From Methanopyrus kandleri AV19 (GTDB lineage: Archaea > JAADCQ01 > Methanopyri > Methanopyrales > Methanopyraceae), in assembly GCF_000007185.1 (NCBI RefSeq), contig NC_003551.1, positions 840,001 through 872,000 on the forward strand: a stretch of DNA of 32,000 bases, read 5' to 3'. Every line of letters begins with the position of its first letter. Positions within the stretch are counted from its first letter, which is position 1. The translations under genes and the position numbers were made by a program. The notes under the pieces are model-generated. The model saw only the letters and a program-made list of their open reading frames with translations, searched no databases and was not told the origin of the DNA. Positions 8,404 to 18,318 of this stretch are shown one piece after another.

Positions 8404-11400
8404 ATGGCCGAGGCTCTCGGCGAGGAACTGGAGCGCGAAATTCAGCGGAGATGGGAAGAGATGGACCTACTTTCGAAGGTCCTAGAGAAGAACCGCGACG
8501 GACCTCTCTTCTACTTCCTCGACGGTCCACCTTACGCGAGCGGCTCGATTCACCTCGGTACAGCCTGGAACAAGATCATCAAGGACGCCGTGAACCGGTA
8601 CAAGCTGATGCGCGGATACCGGGTCCGACTGCAGCCCGGTTGGGACTGCCACGGTCTCCCGATCGAGGTGAAGGTCGAGCAGGAGGTCCTCTCGGACGAG
8701 ATCGAGTGCAAGAAGGACATCGAGGAGAAGGTCGGCGTCGACAAGTTCGTGGAAAAGTGCAAGGAATTCGCCCTGAAGCACGTAGAGATCATGACGGAGC
8801 AGTTCAAGCGTCTGGGCGTCCTGATGGACTGGGACAACCCGTACATGACCCTGGACAACGAGTACATCGAGGGAGCCTGGTACACGCTCAAGCGCGCCCA
8901 CGAGCGCGGTCTCCTCGACCGGGACGTGAGGATCGTCAACTGGTGCCCGCGGTGTGAGACCGCCCTGGCGGACCACGAGGTCGAGTACAAGGAGGTCGAG
9001 GACCCCTCGATCTTCGTGATCTTTCCGATCGAGGACGATTCCGACGCCGAGGTCGACTTACCCGAGAACTCAGCCCTGCTGATCTGGACGACCACCCCGT
9101 GGACGTTGCCCGCCAACCTAGCCGTCGCCGTGCACCCAGAGGAGGAGTACGTCCTCGCGCGCGCCGAGGTGGACGGCGAGGAGTGGCACCTGATCGTCGC
9201 TGACAAGCTCAAGGTCGTGCTGTCCGTCGTGACGGACTCGTACGAGATCGTGGACTCGTTTCCGGGAGAGGCGCTGGAGGGTCTCCGGTACCGCCCGCCG
9301 CTGTGGGAGGAGGTGCCCAAGCTGCGCGAGCTGCACGAGGAGGACGACCGTGTCCACCGCGTGTACACCGCCGAGTGGGTCACGATGGAGGAGGGTACCG
9401 GGTGCGTCCACTCGGCGCCCGGTCACGGTGAGGAGGACTTCGAGCTCGGCCGAGAGGTCGGCCTGCCTCCGCACTGCCCGGTGGCCGAGGACGGTACGTT
9501 CACAGAAGACGGCGGTAAGTACGAGGGACTCTATGTGCGCGACGCCAACGAGAAGATCGTCGAGGACCTACGTGAGAAGGGACTCCTCGCGCACGAGGAC
9601 ACCGTGGAGCACCGGTACGGTCACTGTTGGCGCTGTAAGACCCCGATCATCTACCGGGCTACCGAGCAGTGGTTCCTCAAAGTCACTGAGGTGAAGGACG
9701 AGATGCTCGAGTGGATAGAGCGGGTGGAGTGGATCCCGGAATGGGCGGGTCACTCCCGGTTCAAAAGCTGGGTCGAGAACGCCCGGGACTGGTGTATCTC
9801 GCGTCAGCGGTACTGGGGTATCCCGCTTCCGGTCTGGGAGTGCGAGGAGTGCGGTCATCTCGAGGTGATCGGCTCGCTGAGCGAGCTCGAGGCGAAGGCG
9901 GTCAGTCTCCCGCCCGGTGAACCCGACCTGCACAGGCCCTGGGTCGACGAGGTAGTCCTGAAGTGCCCGGAGTGCGGCTCCTACATGAGGCGCGTGCCGG
10001 ACGTGCTCGACGTCTGGGTAGACTCGGGAGTCGCCGCGTGGGCCTCGCTCGGGTACCCACGTCGCGAGGACGAGTTCGAGCGGTGGTTCCTCAAGGAGGG
10101 ACGCTGTGACCCCGACGATCCGGAGGCGGGCGCGGACTTCATCACCGAGGGTCACGACCAGACCCGCGGATGGTTCTACTCGCAGCTAGGTTGTGGCGTC
10201 GTCACCTTCGATACGTGCCCGTACAGGACCGTGCTCATGCACGGGTTCACGCTCGACGAGGAAGGTCGGAAGATGAGCAAGTCCCTGGGTAACGTCGTCG
10301 ACCCGATGGACGTCGTTGAGAAGTACGGTGCCGATACCCTACGCTGGTACGTCCTGCGCTCCAACGCACCCTGGCGGGATATGCACTTCAGCTGGCAGGA
10401 CGTGCGCGACACCCACCGGGCGCTCAACGTCCTGTGGAACGCGTACCGGTTCACGAAGATGTACTCGGAACTGGACGAGTTCGACCCCGAGGAACACCCG
10501 CTGGAGGATCTGGAGGAGCACCTCAAGCCAGAGGATCGGTGGCTGCTCTCCCGGATCAACTCGCTGGTGGAGGAGGTCACCGACGCGTTCGAGCGGTACC
10601 ACGTCCATGAGGCGGCCCGCGCGCTGTACCGCTTCGTCACGGAGGACCTCAGCCGGTGGTACATCCGGCTGGTCAGGGAGCGCGTATGGCTGGAGGGTGA
10701 CGATCCCGAGAAACTCGCGGTCTACGCGGTGCTGCACTACACGTTCGATCGGCTGGTCAGACTTCTGGCGCCGATCGTGCCACACGTCGCCGAGCGGATA
10801 TACCTGGATTACGTCCGCGCGGGCGACGATCCAGAGAGCGTTCACCTCACGGACTGGCCCGAAGTAGACGACCGATGGGTCGACGAGGGACTGGAAAAGG
10901 CCATGGAGCTCGTCCGGAAGGCCGCGGAGGCCGCCCTCTCGGTCCGGCAGCGTGCCGGGGTCAAGACACGCTGGCCACTACGTCGCCTGTTCGTGGAGGT
11001 CGAGGATCCGAAGCGGCTAGAGGACCTCAAGGACGTGCTGGCCCGCGTCGCGAACGTCAAGGAGGTCGAGCTCGGGGAGGAGTTCCCGGAGAAGGTACCC
11101 GTGGCCGAGCCGAGGCCCGATAAGATCGGTCCCGAGTTCCGATCGCTGGCGGGCCGCGTGATCGAGCACGTCAAGGACCGCGCGGAGGAGGTGGCGCGGT
11201 CGATCCTGAAGGACGGGGAGTACAGGACCGAGCTGGACGGCGAGGATGTCGTCCTGACGGAGGAGCACGTTAAGGTGACCGAGGACCTGCCCGAGGGCTG
11301 GGAGGCCGAGGAGTTCGAGGGCGGCCGGGTGTACGTCTTCGTCGAGCTGGACGAGGAGTTGAAGTCCGAGGCGTGGGCCAGGGAGGTCGTTCGTCGCGTC

Positions 11401-11631
11401 CAGGAGATGAGGAAAGAGCTGGACTTGAACCTGGAGGAGAGGATCAGGGTGTGGATCGAAACGGACGAAGAGATCGCGGAGGCCGTGGAAGAGCACTCGG
11501 AATACGTACGTGGTGAGACGCGGGCGGACGAGCTCCACGTGAACGAGGGTTGGCCCGAAGAAGTCGATCTGGAGCGCGAGTGGGAGGTGGAGGACAGGAC
11601 GATCCGCATCGCCGTGGTCGTTTCGGGGTGA
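8404..11631 (+). CDS. ileS: Isoleucyl-tRNA synthetase
   Basis: Class I aaRS: FLDGPPYASGSIHLGTAWNKIIKDAVNRY (HxGT) and GRKMSKSLGNVVDP (KMSKS), about 1075 aa. ATG at 8404 preferred over the longer ORF start at 8224. Confidence 0.95.
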   Translation: MAEALGEELEREIQRRWEEMDLLSKVLEKNRDGPLFYFLDGPPYASGSIHLGTAWNKIIKDAVNRYKLMRGYRVRLQPGWDCHGLPIEVKVEQEVLSDEIECKKDIEEKVGVDKFVEKCKEFALKHVEIMTEQFKRLGVLMDWDNPYMTLDNEYIEGAWYTLKRAHERGLLDRDVRIVNWCPRCETALADHEVEYKEVEDPSIFVIFPIEDDSDAEVDLPENSALLIWTTTPWTLPANLAVAVHPEEEYVLARAEVDGEEWHLIVADKLKVVLSVVTDSYEIVDSFPGEALEGLRYRPPLWEEVPKLRELHEEDDRVHRVYTAEWVTMEEGTGCVHSAPGHGEEDFELGREVGLPPHCPVAEDGTFTEDGGKYEGLYVRDANEKIVEDLREKGLLAHEDTVEHRYGHCWRCKTPIIYRATEQWFLKVTEVKDEMLEWIERVEWIPEWAGHSRFKSWVENARDWCISRQRYWGIPLPVWECEECGHLEVIGSLSELEAKAVSLPPGEPDLHRPWVDEVVLKCPECGSYMRRVPDVLDVWVDSGVAAWASLGYPRREDEFERWFLKEGRCDPDDPEAGADFITEGHDQTRGWFYSQLGCGVVTFDTCPYRTVLMHGFTLDEEGRKMSKSLGNVVDPMDVVEKYGADTLRWYVLRSNAPWRDMHFSWQDVRDTHRALNVLWNAYRFTKMYSELDEFDPEEHPLEDLEEHLKPEDRWLLSRINSLVEEVTDAFERYHVHEAARALYRFVTEDLSRWYIRLVRERVWLEGDDPEKLAVYAVLHYTFDRLVRLLAPIVPHVAERIYLDYVRAGDDPESVHLTDWPEVDDRWVDEGLEKAMELVRKAAEAALSVRQRAGVKTRWPLRRLFVEVEDPKRLEDLKDVLARVANVKEVELGEEFPEKVPVAEPRPDKIGPEFRSLAGRVIEHVKDRAEEVARSILKDGEYRTELDGEDVVLTEEHVKVTEDLPEGWEAEEFEGGRVYVFVELDEELKSEAWAREVVRRVQEMRKELDLNLEERIRVWIETDEEIAEAVEEHSEYVRGETRADELHVNEGWPEEVDLEREWEVEDRTIRIAVVVSG

Positions 11632-11636
11632 AGTGG

Positions 11637-14384
11637 ATGAAGGTCGACCCCTCGGAGTTCGAGCTGGAGTTCTTCGAGGAGATCGGGTTCGAGCGTAAGC
11701 GCTGTCCCGAGTGCGGCGAGTACTTCTGGGGACCGCCGGAGGCCGAGGTGTGTAACGAGACCCCGTGCGTCGAGTACTCCTTCATCGGCGACCCACCGGC
11801 GTCCGTGAAACTGGACGTATGGGAGGCCGGAGAGGAGTTCTTCCGGTTCTTCGAACGGCACGATCACGAGGTCCTCGACCGCTACCCCGTCGTCGCCAGG
11901 TGGCGGGACGATATCCACCTGACTATCGCCTCGATAGCCTGCTTCCAACCTTGGGTGACCTCGGGGGAAGTTCCTCCACCCGCCAACCCTCTAGTGATCA
12001 ACCAGCCCTGTATACGGCTCAACGACATCGACAACGTGGGTAGGACCGGGCGGCACTTCACGCTCTTCCACATGGGAGGCCACCACGCCTTCAACAACCA
12101 CCCTCACGACCGGAGGGACATCTACTGGAAGGAGGAAACCGTGCGCCTGTGCTACGAGTTCACCGTGGAAAAGCTCGGAATCCCCGAAGAGAAGATCGCG
12201 TTCAAGGAGTCGTGGTGGGAGGGCGGCGGTAACGCGGGCCCGTGCTTCGAGGTGGTGGTCGACGGACTCGAGCTCGCGACGCTGGTGTTCATGCAGTACG
12301 AACAGGTGGGAGGGGAGTACAGGGAGCTCCCTCAGAAGATCGTCGACACCGGGTACGGTATCGAGCGGTACGCGTGGATAACGACCGGCGAACCCACGGC
12401 GTACGACGCGGTCTTCGGAGACCTCGTGGACGCCACGGCCCGCGACCTCGGTGTGGAGATCGACGGGGAGGCCCGTGAGATCCTCGGTGAGCTGGCCAGG
12501 GTCGCCGGTCTGATGGACGTCGAGACGGAGTCCGATCTGCGGGTCCTGCGGAATCGCGTGGCCCGGAGACTGGACCTTGACGTGAACGAGCTGGTGCGGG
12601 TCGCCGAGCCGGTCGAGTTCGTGTACGGGATCCTGGACCACGCCAGATGCCTCGCGTTCATGCTCGGCGACGGTGTCGTCCCGTCCAACGCCGGCGAGGG
12701 CTACCTGGCTCGGCTCGTGATCCGGAGGGCGCTTCGCCTGCTGGACGGTCTGGACGCCGAGCGTGAGTACCTGCTGGAGGTAGTCGAGAGGGTCCTCGAA
12801 GACCTTCGCGGCACGTACCCGGAGCTCGCGGAGCGTGAGGAGTACATCCAAGATGCCTTGGAGTGTGAGATCGACCGCTACACTCGGGCGTTGAAGCGCG
12901 GAAAGAAGGAGGTCAGGAAGCGCCTCGAGGAGAAGGGTGAACTGTCTTTCGAAGACCTCGTCGAGCTTTACGACTCCCATGGGATTCCACCCGAGGTGGC
13001 GCGCGAGATAGCCGAGGACGAGGGCGTCGAGGTCGAAGTACCGGACGACTTCTATTCACGTGTGGCCGAGCGACACGAGGGGCCCGAAGAGGTCGAGGAG
13101 GGCCTTGAAGAACTGGAGCGGATCGCGGTGGAAGAGGAACTGCCGGAGACGGAGCTCGCCTTCTACGACGACGAGAAGCGACTCGAGTTCAAGGCGGAGG
13201 TGATCGGTACTTACGAGGTGAACGGCGATGCCTGGGTCGTCTTGGACCGCACGTACTTCTACCCGGAGGGAGGCGGTCAGGAGGCAGATCGCGGTACGAT
13301 GCGCTGGAAGGATGGGGAGGCCGAGGTTAAGGACGTCCAGAAGGTGCGTGGAGTGGTCTTCCACCGAATCGACGGGGACGTACCGCCCGAGGGTGCCGAG
13401 GTCGAGTGCGAGGTGGACGGCGAGCGCAGGATGCGCCTGACCAGAAACCACACGGCGACCCACGTGATCCTCGAGGCCGCCCGACGCGTCCTCGGCGATC
13501 ACGTCTGGCAGGCCGGCGCCCATAAGTCCACGGACGAGGCGCGTCTCGACGTAACTCACCACCGGCGGATCTCCGACGAGGAGCTCCGGGAGATCGAGCG
13601 TCTTGCCAACGAGATCGTGATGAAGGATTTACCCGTCAACAAGCGGTTCATGGACCGGAACGAGGCGGAACGTCGGTACGGGTTCGAGCTGTACCAGGGC
13701 GGTGTGGTCCCGGGACGCGAGATCCGGGTGGTGGAGATCGAAGGATGGAACGTACAGGCGTGCGCGGGTACACACTGCGACAGTACCGGTGAGATCGGTC
13801 CGATAAAGATCGTGGGTCGGGAACGCATCCAGGACGGTGTGGAGAGGATCAGGTTCGCCGCCGGTGAGGCGGCCCTGGAACGCATTTGGGAGACCGAGGA
13901 CCTGTTGCGCGAGACGTGCGAGGTACTCCGGGTGAACCCGGAGAACCTTCCCAAGACCGTGAAGAGGTTCTTCGAGGAGTGGAAGGAGCAGAGGAAGCGG
14001 ATCGAGCGCTTGGAGAGGGAGCTGGTGGAGGCGAAACTACGTGCGGCGCCGGCGGAGGGTCGCCGGGTCGGCGATTTCACAGTCACACTCGTGGAGCTGG
14101 AGGACGTCGAGGTCGGCTCCGTGGCCGGTACTGTCGAAGAACTCGTCAAGGAGCACGAGAACCTGGTCTTGGTGGCGAAAATAGTATCCAACGGATCCTG
14201 TCAAGTCGTCGTGGGTTCGGGCGAATCGGCACCGCCGGCCGGCGAGCTAATGCGTGAAATAGGGAAGTTGATCGAAGGTGGTGGCGGTGGAGACGAGCGA
14301 CTGGCTCAGGGTGGTGGACGGAACCCCGACGGGTTAACCGAAGATCGGCTGGTGGAGATCGTTGAGGATCTCGCCGGGGGATGA
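11637..14384 (+). CDS. alaS: Alanyl-tRNA synthetase
   Basis: FTLFHMGGHHAFN, EPVEFVYGILDHARCLAFMLGDGVVPSNAGEGYLARLVIRRALR, TRNHTATHVILEAARRVLG, CAGTHCDSTGEIG. Start at ATG 11637 or at GTG 11628, which overlaps the ileS stop. Confidence 0.95.
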   Translation: MKVDPSEFELEFFEEIGFERKRCPECGEYFWGPPEAEVCNETPCVEYSFIGDPPASVKLDVWEAGEEFFRFFERHDHEVLDRYPVVARWRDDIHLTIASIACFQPWVTSGEVPPPANPLVINQPCIRLNDIDNVGRTGRHFTLFHMGGHHAFNNHPHDRRDIYWKEETVRLCYEFTVEKLGIPEEKIAFKESWWEGGGNAGPCFEVVVDGLELATLVFMQYEQVGGEYRELPQKIVDTGYGIERYAWITTGEPTAYDAVFGDLVDATARDLGVEIDGEAREILGELARVAGLMDVETESDLRVLRNRVARRLDLDVNELVRVAEPVEFVYGILDHARCLAFMLGDGVVPSNAGEGYLARLVIRRALRLLDGLDAEREYLLEVVERVLEDLRGTYPELAEREEYIQDALECEIDRYTRALKRGKKEVRKRLEEKGELSFEDLVELYDSHGIPPEVAREIAEDEGVEVEVPDDFYSRVAERHEGPEEVEEGLEELERIAVEEELPETELAFYDDEKRLEFKAEVIGTYEVNGDAWVVLDRTYFYPEGGGQEADRGTMRWKDGEAEVKDVQKVRGVVFHRIDGDVPPEGAEVECEVDGERRMRLTRNHTATHVILEAARRVLGDHVWQAGAHKSTDEARLDVTHHRRISDEELREIERLANEIVMKDLPVNKRFMDRNEAERRYGFELYQGGVVPGREIRVVEIEGWNVQACAGTHCDSTGEIGPIKIVGRERIQDGVERIRFAAGEAALERIWETEDLLRETCEVLRVNPENLPKTVKRFFEEWKEQRKRIERLERELVEAKLRAAPAEGRRVGDFTVTLVELEDVEVGSVAGTVEELVKEHENLVLVAKIVSNGSCQVVVGSGESAPPAGELMREIGKLIEGGGGGDERLAQGGGRNPDGLTEDRLVEIVEDLAGG

Positions 14385-14414
14385 AGAACACCCCCGGCAC
14401 CGAGGACGACCGGT

Positions 14415-14447
14415 GAGGAGGGTGGTCCTTACGTCCTGACCCTCCTC
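14415..14447 (+). terminator. Perfect 9-bp stem-loop after alaS; possible terminator or RNA element
   Basis: GAGGAGGGT (14415-14423) is perfectly complementary to ACCCTCCTC (14439-14447), loop 15 nt. No oligo-T tract follows, so terminator function is uncertain. Confidence 0.3.
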
Positions 14448-14660
14448 CCCCACGAAACACGCCGTTCTGACGCCTGATGATCTTCCGCCGCACCTCGCTC
14501 CTCGCTCCGCTCTTATTTGTGCGAATGTTGTTGCGGACTCGACCGGTGACAGAGCCGGCACGGAGGTTTGAGTTAAAAGGATACTATACTGTTTCCTAAA
14601 TTACGCTTCCGTTTACCGTGCAGCCTCCGGGTGGAGGTGCGGGTGGGAGTGTCAGATCTC

Positions 14661-14731
14661 TAGTCGCACAAAATTCGCCGAGCCGCGGAAGGCTTCCAAG
14701 TGTCCGAAATCTTCAGTCGCACAAATATCGA
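14661..14731. repeat. Imperfect direct repeat pair (TAGTCGCACAAAATTCG / CAGTCGCACAAATATCG), 53-nt period
   Basis: AGTCGCACAAA at 14662-14672 and 14715-14725; an inverted copy, TATTTGTGCGA, lies at 14514-14524. Confidence 0.6.
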
Positions 14732-14757
14732 CGTATGGGTCGCGAGGGGAGGGGCGG

Positions 14758-16533
14758 TCAAAGCTCGTGACGCAGGCGCTCCTTATGCTCTTGCTTTTTA
14801 CCGTCCACGAACGAATCCACTGGCGCCAGGTACCCGGTCACCCTCGACCATATTGTGCACCTGCGGCCGCACTCCGGACACTGCTCGACCACTCCCTCGT
14901 AGGTACGCTGGCACCGGTCGCACACGCTGTAATCCCTGGTGATCGCGAGGAACCCTATCGTGTTCCGACGGAGCACGCGCACGGTCAGCTTCATGAGGCT
15001 TCTCGGGTCCGTCCGCTCCCCGAGCCAGAAGTGGGTGATGTGGCCTCCCAAGGTCATGGGGTGGAACTTCGCCTCGATCTCGGCCCGCTCGACGACGTTC
15101 ACGTCCTCGTCGTACGGCACATGGCACGAGTTCGTGAGGTAGGGACGGTGCTCCGTACCGCGTACCTTCGCGTCCGGGTACTTCTCCAGGTACTTCCTGG
15201 CAAGGCGTTCGGCGGCCGATTCGGCCGGTGACTGCACGACCGACCACCTGCGTCCATCCCGCTCGTGGAACTCTTCTCGCACGTCGTTCAGTTCCTCCAG
15301 CACCCGCTCGGCCAGACGCATCGCCGAGGGATCCTCCCAGAAGCCGTATCCCGTGAGGACCTCGATCGCCTCGGCCAGCCCGACGAACCCGAGGCTCCAC
15401 GTCGTGTGCTCGTACCGGAAGTAGTACTCCCCGTCCGGCTTCCAACGCTGACACCCGTCGTACAGTCCCGCCTCCAGGCACTTCTTGACGCATCTCCACC
15501 GCGCCAGGAGAGCCTCCCTGGCCACCTCGCAGTACTCACGAATCTTCTCCAGGAATTCGTCCTCATCACGTGATTCGTGGGCGAGGAGAGGTAAGTTCAG
15601 CGTGACGTACTCGAAGTTGCCGGTGCGGATGGTGTCGATTTCCCAGTCTCCGGTCCAGTTGGTGGCGAGGCACGTCCTACATCCCATGTAGTTCACGTTG
15701 TCGCCCACGAGCTTGCGCCAGTCCCGATTAAGCATGTTGGCGAAGTACACGGCCCCGTTCTCGGCCGCGACTTCGAAGGCGAGCTCCAGAGTCTCCTTGT
15801 CATAGCCGGGTCGGACTTTCACGATTATCTGCGGGAACTTGAGCGGAGCCCCCGCGGCGTCACCCTCCAGCTGCACGTCCAGGAGGGCTCGAGCGAACAT
15901 GATGGCTTCTTCCTCGAAGTCGCCGTAGGTACCCACGATCTCCCCGCCAGGACCGACGGCGGGCTCGTCCTCTAGGAAGTCCGGACACGTGAGCTCGAGG
16001 TTCACGTTCGTGAAGGCGGGCTGCCCTCCTCGAGCCACTAGGTCCTGAGTGGCCTCGAACATCATGATCTGGGCGAGCTGCCGTATCTCCTCGTAAGACA
16101 GTCCCTCCTCGGCTATATAAGGGGCTACTAGGAAGTTAACGAAGTCCTGACCTTGGCCGCCCGCGAAGAAGTTCTGCGAGGTCATCAGCCACTTCAGGAT
16201 GTGTAACACGGCCACCTCCGCGTGCTTGGCGGGCTTGCTCACGCAGGTCAGCCGACCGATCGGGTTCCGAGCGTACAGCCCGTACTTCAGCACCCACCGG
16301 CAGTCGTGCTGGCAGCAGTTCGACCTGGTCAACGCGTAGTCGAGGTCGTGGATGTGGATGTACCCCTCTAGGTGCGCCCGTGCCGTCTTACCGTCCAGCA
16401 CGTGCTTAAGGAAGTGGCGTTTTTGCCATCGGTCTTGGAAGATCTTTGAGATGACCTCCGGAGTCGGTAGCATGTTGGCGTTGCGGGCGACCCGGAGGGG
16501 TTCCTCAAGAACCTCCTCGGGGATCCCGGTCAA
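14758..16533 (-). CDS. nrdD: Anaerobic ribonucleoside-triphosphate reductase (class III), glycyl radical enzyme
   Basis: NFFAGGQGQDFVNFLVAPYI, C-terminal CDRCQRTYEGVVEQCPECGRRCTIWSRVTGYLAPVDSFVDGKKQEHKERL (zinc-ribbon Cys plus RVTGY glycyl radical motif). TTG 16533 follows GGAGGGG; the ORF can extend to 16629. Confidence 0.85.
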   Translation of the reverse strand: MTGIPEEVLEEPLRVARNANMLPTPEVISKIFQDRWQKRHFLKHVLDGKTARAHLEGYIHIHDLDYALTRSNCCQHDCRWVLKYGLYARNPIGRLTCVSKPAKHAEVAVLHILKWLMTSQNFFAGGQGQDFVNFLVAPYIAEEGLSYEEIRQLAQIMMFEATQDLVARGGQPAFTNVNLELTCPDFLEDEPAVGPGGEIVGTYGDFEEEAIMFARALLDVQLEGDAAGAPLKFPQIIVKVRPGYDKETLELAFEVAAENGAVYFANMLNRDWRKLVGDNVNYMGCRTCLATNWTGDWEIDTIRTGNFEYVTLNLPLLAHESRDEDEFLEKIREYCEVAREALLARWRCVKKCLEAGLYDGCQRWKPDGEYYFRYEHTTWSLGFVGLAEAIEVLTGYGFWEDPSAMRLAERVLEELNDVREEFHERDGRRWSVVQSPAESAAERLARKYLEKYPDAKVRGTEHRPYLTNSCHVPYDEDVNVVERAEIEAKFHPMTLGGHITHFWLGERTDPRSLMKLTVRVLRRNTIGFLAITRDYSVCDRCQRTYEGVVEQCPECGRRCTIWSRVTGYLAPVDSFVDGKKQEHKERLRHEL

Positions 16534-16649
16534 CCCCTCCCCCCGTAACGGGGGCTGGGACCCTCCTGTAAGCTCCCTTCGCCCACAAGCGGACGTAGGC
16601 GCGACGTAGACGGGGGGTATTGAGCACACGGGCGAATTGAGCCGTACAG

Positions 16650-16669
16650 GTTTTTTCGTTAAGAAAAAC
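16650..16669 (-). terminator. T-rich hairpin downstream of the orphan 540-aa gene
   Basis: Reverse strand GTTTTTCTTAACGAAAAAAC immediately after the stop at 16681; oligo-T tracts are typical archaeal termination signals. Confidence 0.35.
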
Positions 16670-16680
16670 GAGGGTCGAGG

Positions 16681-18303
16681 TTATGGTCCTTCCAAGATAT
16701 CTCGGAGCCAGTCCAGCACCTCGAAGCTCATCTCGGGATCGGAAGCGGCGAACCTCAGCAGGGAGGAAGCGAAATCGGGGCTTCGCTCTTCCACCAATTC
16801 GCGAAAGATTTTGAACGCATGGCGCTCCGAGGCCAGTGCCGTGCGTACGTATTCTCGGACGAACTCGGGATCCCGGATGAGTTCCGGCCGCTCCACGAGC
16901 TTCTCGGCGACGTCTTCGCCGATCTTGGACAGAGAAGTCACCCACCACGGTAGGTGGGCGGCGTCCTCCCAGCTCAGAGTCAAGACGACGTCATCCGACT
17001 TCACCCTGACACCACGCACGGGTTCCGTAGAACCGATGGAAACCCCGGACTCGAGCTTCCGCAGTGCCTCACGAAGCGGTCGTACCCCTATGATTTCCTC
17101 CAGATCCTCCGCGGTATGAAGCACCGACGTCGGCTCCGAGGACTCGACGGGCACGTTCAAGCTCATGATCAAACCCGTCGCGATGGCGACCGCGCAACCG
17201 GCCTCGAAAGCGTCCGTCGAGTCACCTTCGATCCACACCTCCCAGGGTGTCGGAGCTTCGACGTCGACGTCGAACTCCTCGGGCAAAGTTTCGGGGACCA
17301 TCCCCAGATCGAGCCTCCGTGCGAACCATACGAGTCGAGCTATCGACATCGGTACGCTCCGGAGCGGCCGGAAGCGACGTCCTTTCCACCACCCCTCCCA
17401 CCGGTAGACACCCGCCCATACGTCCGCCTCGGGCTGCTTCAGATTACCACGCTCTTCACCCAGTCGAACCATCTCGTGCCGATCGAGCAGCGGATCCGGG
17501 TTTTCGGCAGGATTAATAGGGCCGCGGACGGCGACGCGGACGTCCCAATCTTCGGGCGCTTTCAGGAGCTCCTCCGGGTCGGCTGGGAGAACGCCTTCCG
17601 GTGTCTCGACGAGCAGACCCAAGAAGCACGAGTCCGATCGGTAGAGTGACAGCTCGGCGTAGTCCGTGAACTCCGCGGCTACCGGTTCCACCTCACCGAC
17701 CGCTTCGACCAAGTAAAGATCGACACTCGGGGCCCTAGTCCGGACGAATTTCTCCCCGAGCGACGCGCGATCCGCGAACTCGATGATGCTCCTCTCGCGG
17801 TGACTCAGTTCCCGAGAATCCGGGGCGTCGAGCACCGGAGCCAGCTCATCGACGCAATCCCACTCATCCCCCCGATATCCCGTGCACTGGAGGAGCGGGG
17901 CGCAGGCGAACGTCGCAGCGGCGTGAACGACGTCCTCGGAACCTCGCTGAGCCTCCATCACCGCCCGAACGAGTGCTAACAGGACTCTACCTCTCGTGGC
18001 GAACCCCACGTCGCAGTGTTCCGGCTCCGCGAACGGGCGACCACCTCGAACTACGTAAGGTCGAGCTGGGACCACCAGGTCCAACGAGGACATCTGTAGG
18101 CGATCGAGTAGATCCCCCGGTGTATTGTAGCGCTCCGCCAACAACTCGCTCACGTCGCCGACTGGATCCTCGCAGCGGGCTCTGTACTCGAGGTACACGG
18201 GGTCTCGCCGGAACGTGGCCCGAAAAGCGTGACGTCCGGGTCTGAGGCCTCGCTTTCTCGGACTCTCCCTGAAAACATCTTTTAGCTCGAATCCGGGTTC
18301 CAT
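16681..18303 (-). CDS. Conserved/orphan hypothetical protein, 540 aa, no family recognised
   Basis: Long ORF with consistent acidic, Arg-rich codon usage; MEPGFELKDVFRESPRKRGLRPG... Nothing recognisable. Confidence 0.75.
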   Translation of the reverse strand: MEPGFELKDVFRESPRKRGLRPGRHAFRATFRRDPVYLEYRARCEDPVGDVSELLAERYNTPGDLLDRLQMSSLDLVVPARPYVVRGGRPFAEPEHCDVGFATRGRVLLALVRAVMEAQRGSEDVVHAAATFACAPLLQCTGYRGDEWDCVDELAPVLDAPDSRELSHRERSIIEFADRASLGEKFVRTRAPSVDLYLVEAVGEVEPVAAEFTDYAELSLYRSDSCFLGLLVETPEGVLPADPEELLKAPEDWDVRVAVRGPINPAENPDPLLDRHEMVRLGEERGNLKQPEADVWAGVYRWEGWWKGRRFRPLRSVPMSIARLVWFARRLDLGMVPETLPEEFDVDVEAPTPWEVWIEGDSTDAFEAGCAVAIATGLIMSLNVPVESSEPTSVLHTAEDLEEIIGVRPLREALRKLESGVSIGSTEPVRGVRVKSDDVVLTLSWEDAAHLPWWVTSLSKIGEDVAEKLVERPELIRDPEFVREYVRTALASERHAFKIFRELVEERSPDFASSLLRFAASDPEMSFEVLDWLRDILEGP

Positions 18304-18318
18304 CCGCGATCCTCCCCG

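Noticed and set aside
11991-12980. 329-aa minus-strand ORF inside alaS
   Set aside because: Fully antisense to a strongly conserved alaS region; a typical shadow ORF in GC-rich DNA, with His/Arg/Val-rich non-protein-like sequence.
14466-14479. CTGA...TGATGA (possible D'/C' boxes) in the alaS-nrdD gap
   Set aside because: No matching C box upstream or D box within guide distance downstream.
14334-14561. 75-aa minus-strand ORF after alaS
   Set aside because: Overlaps the alaS 3' end and has no recognisable motif or clear start signal; the intergenic motif region is better treated as non-coding pending data.
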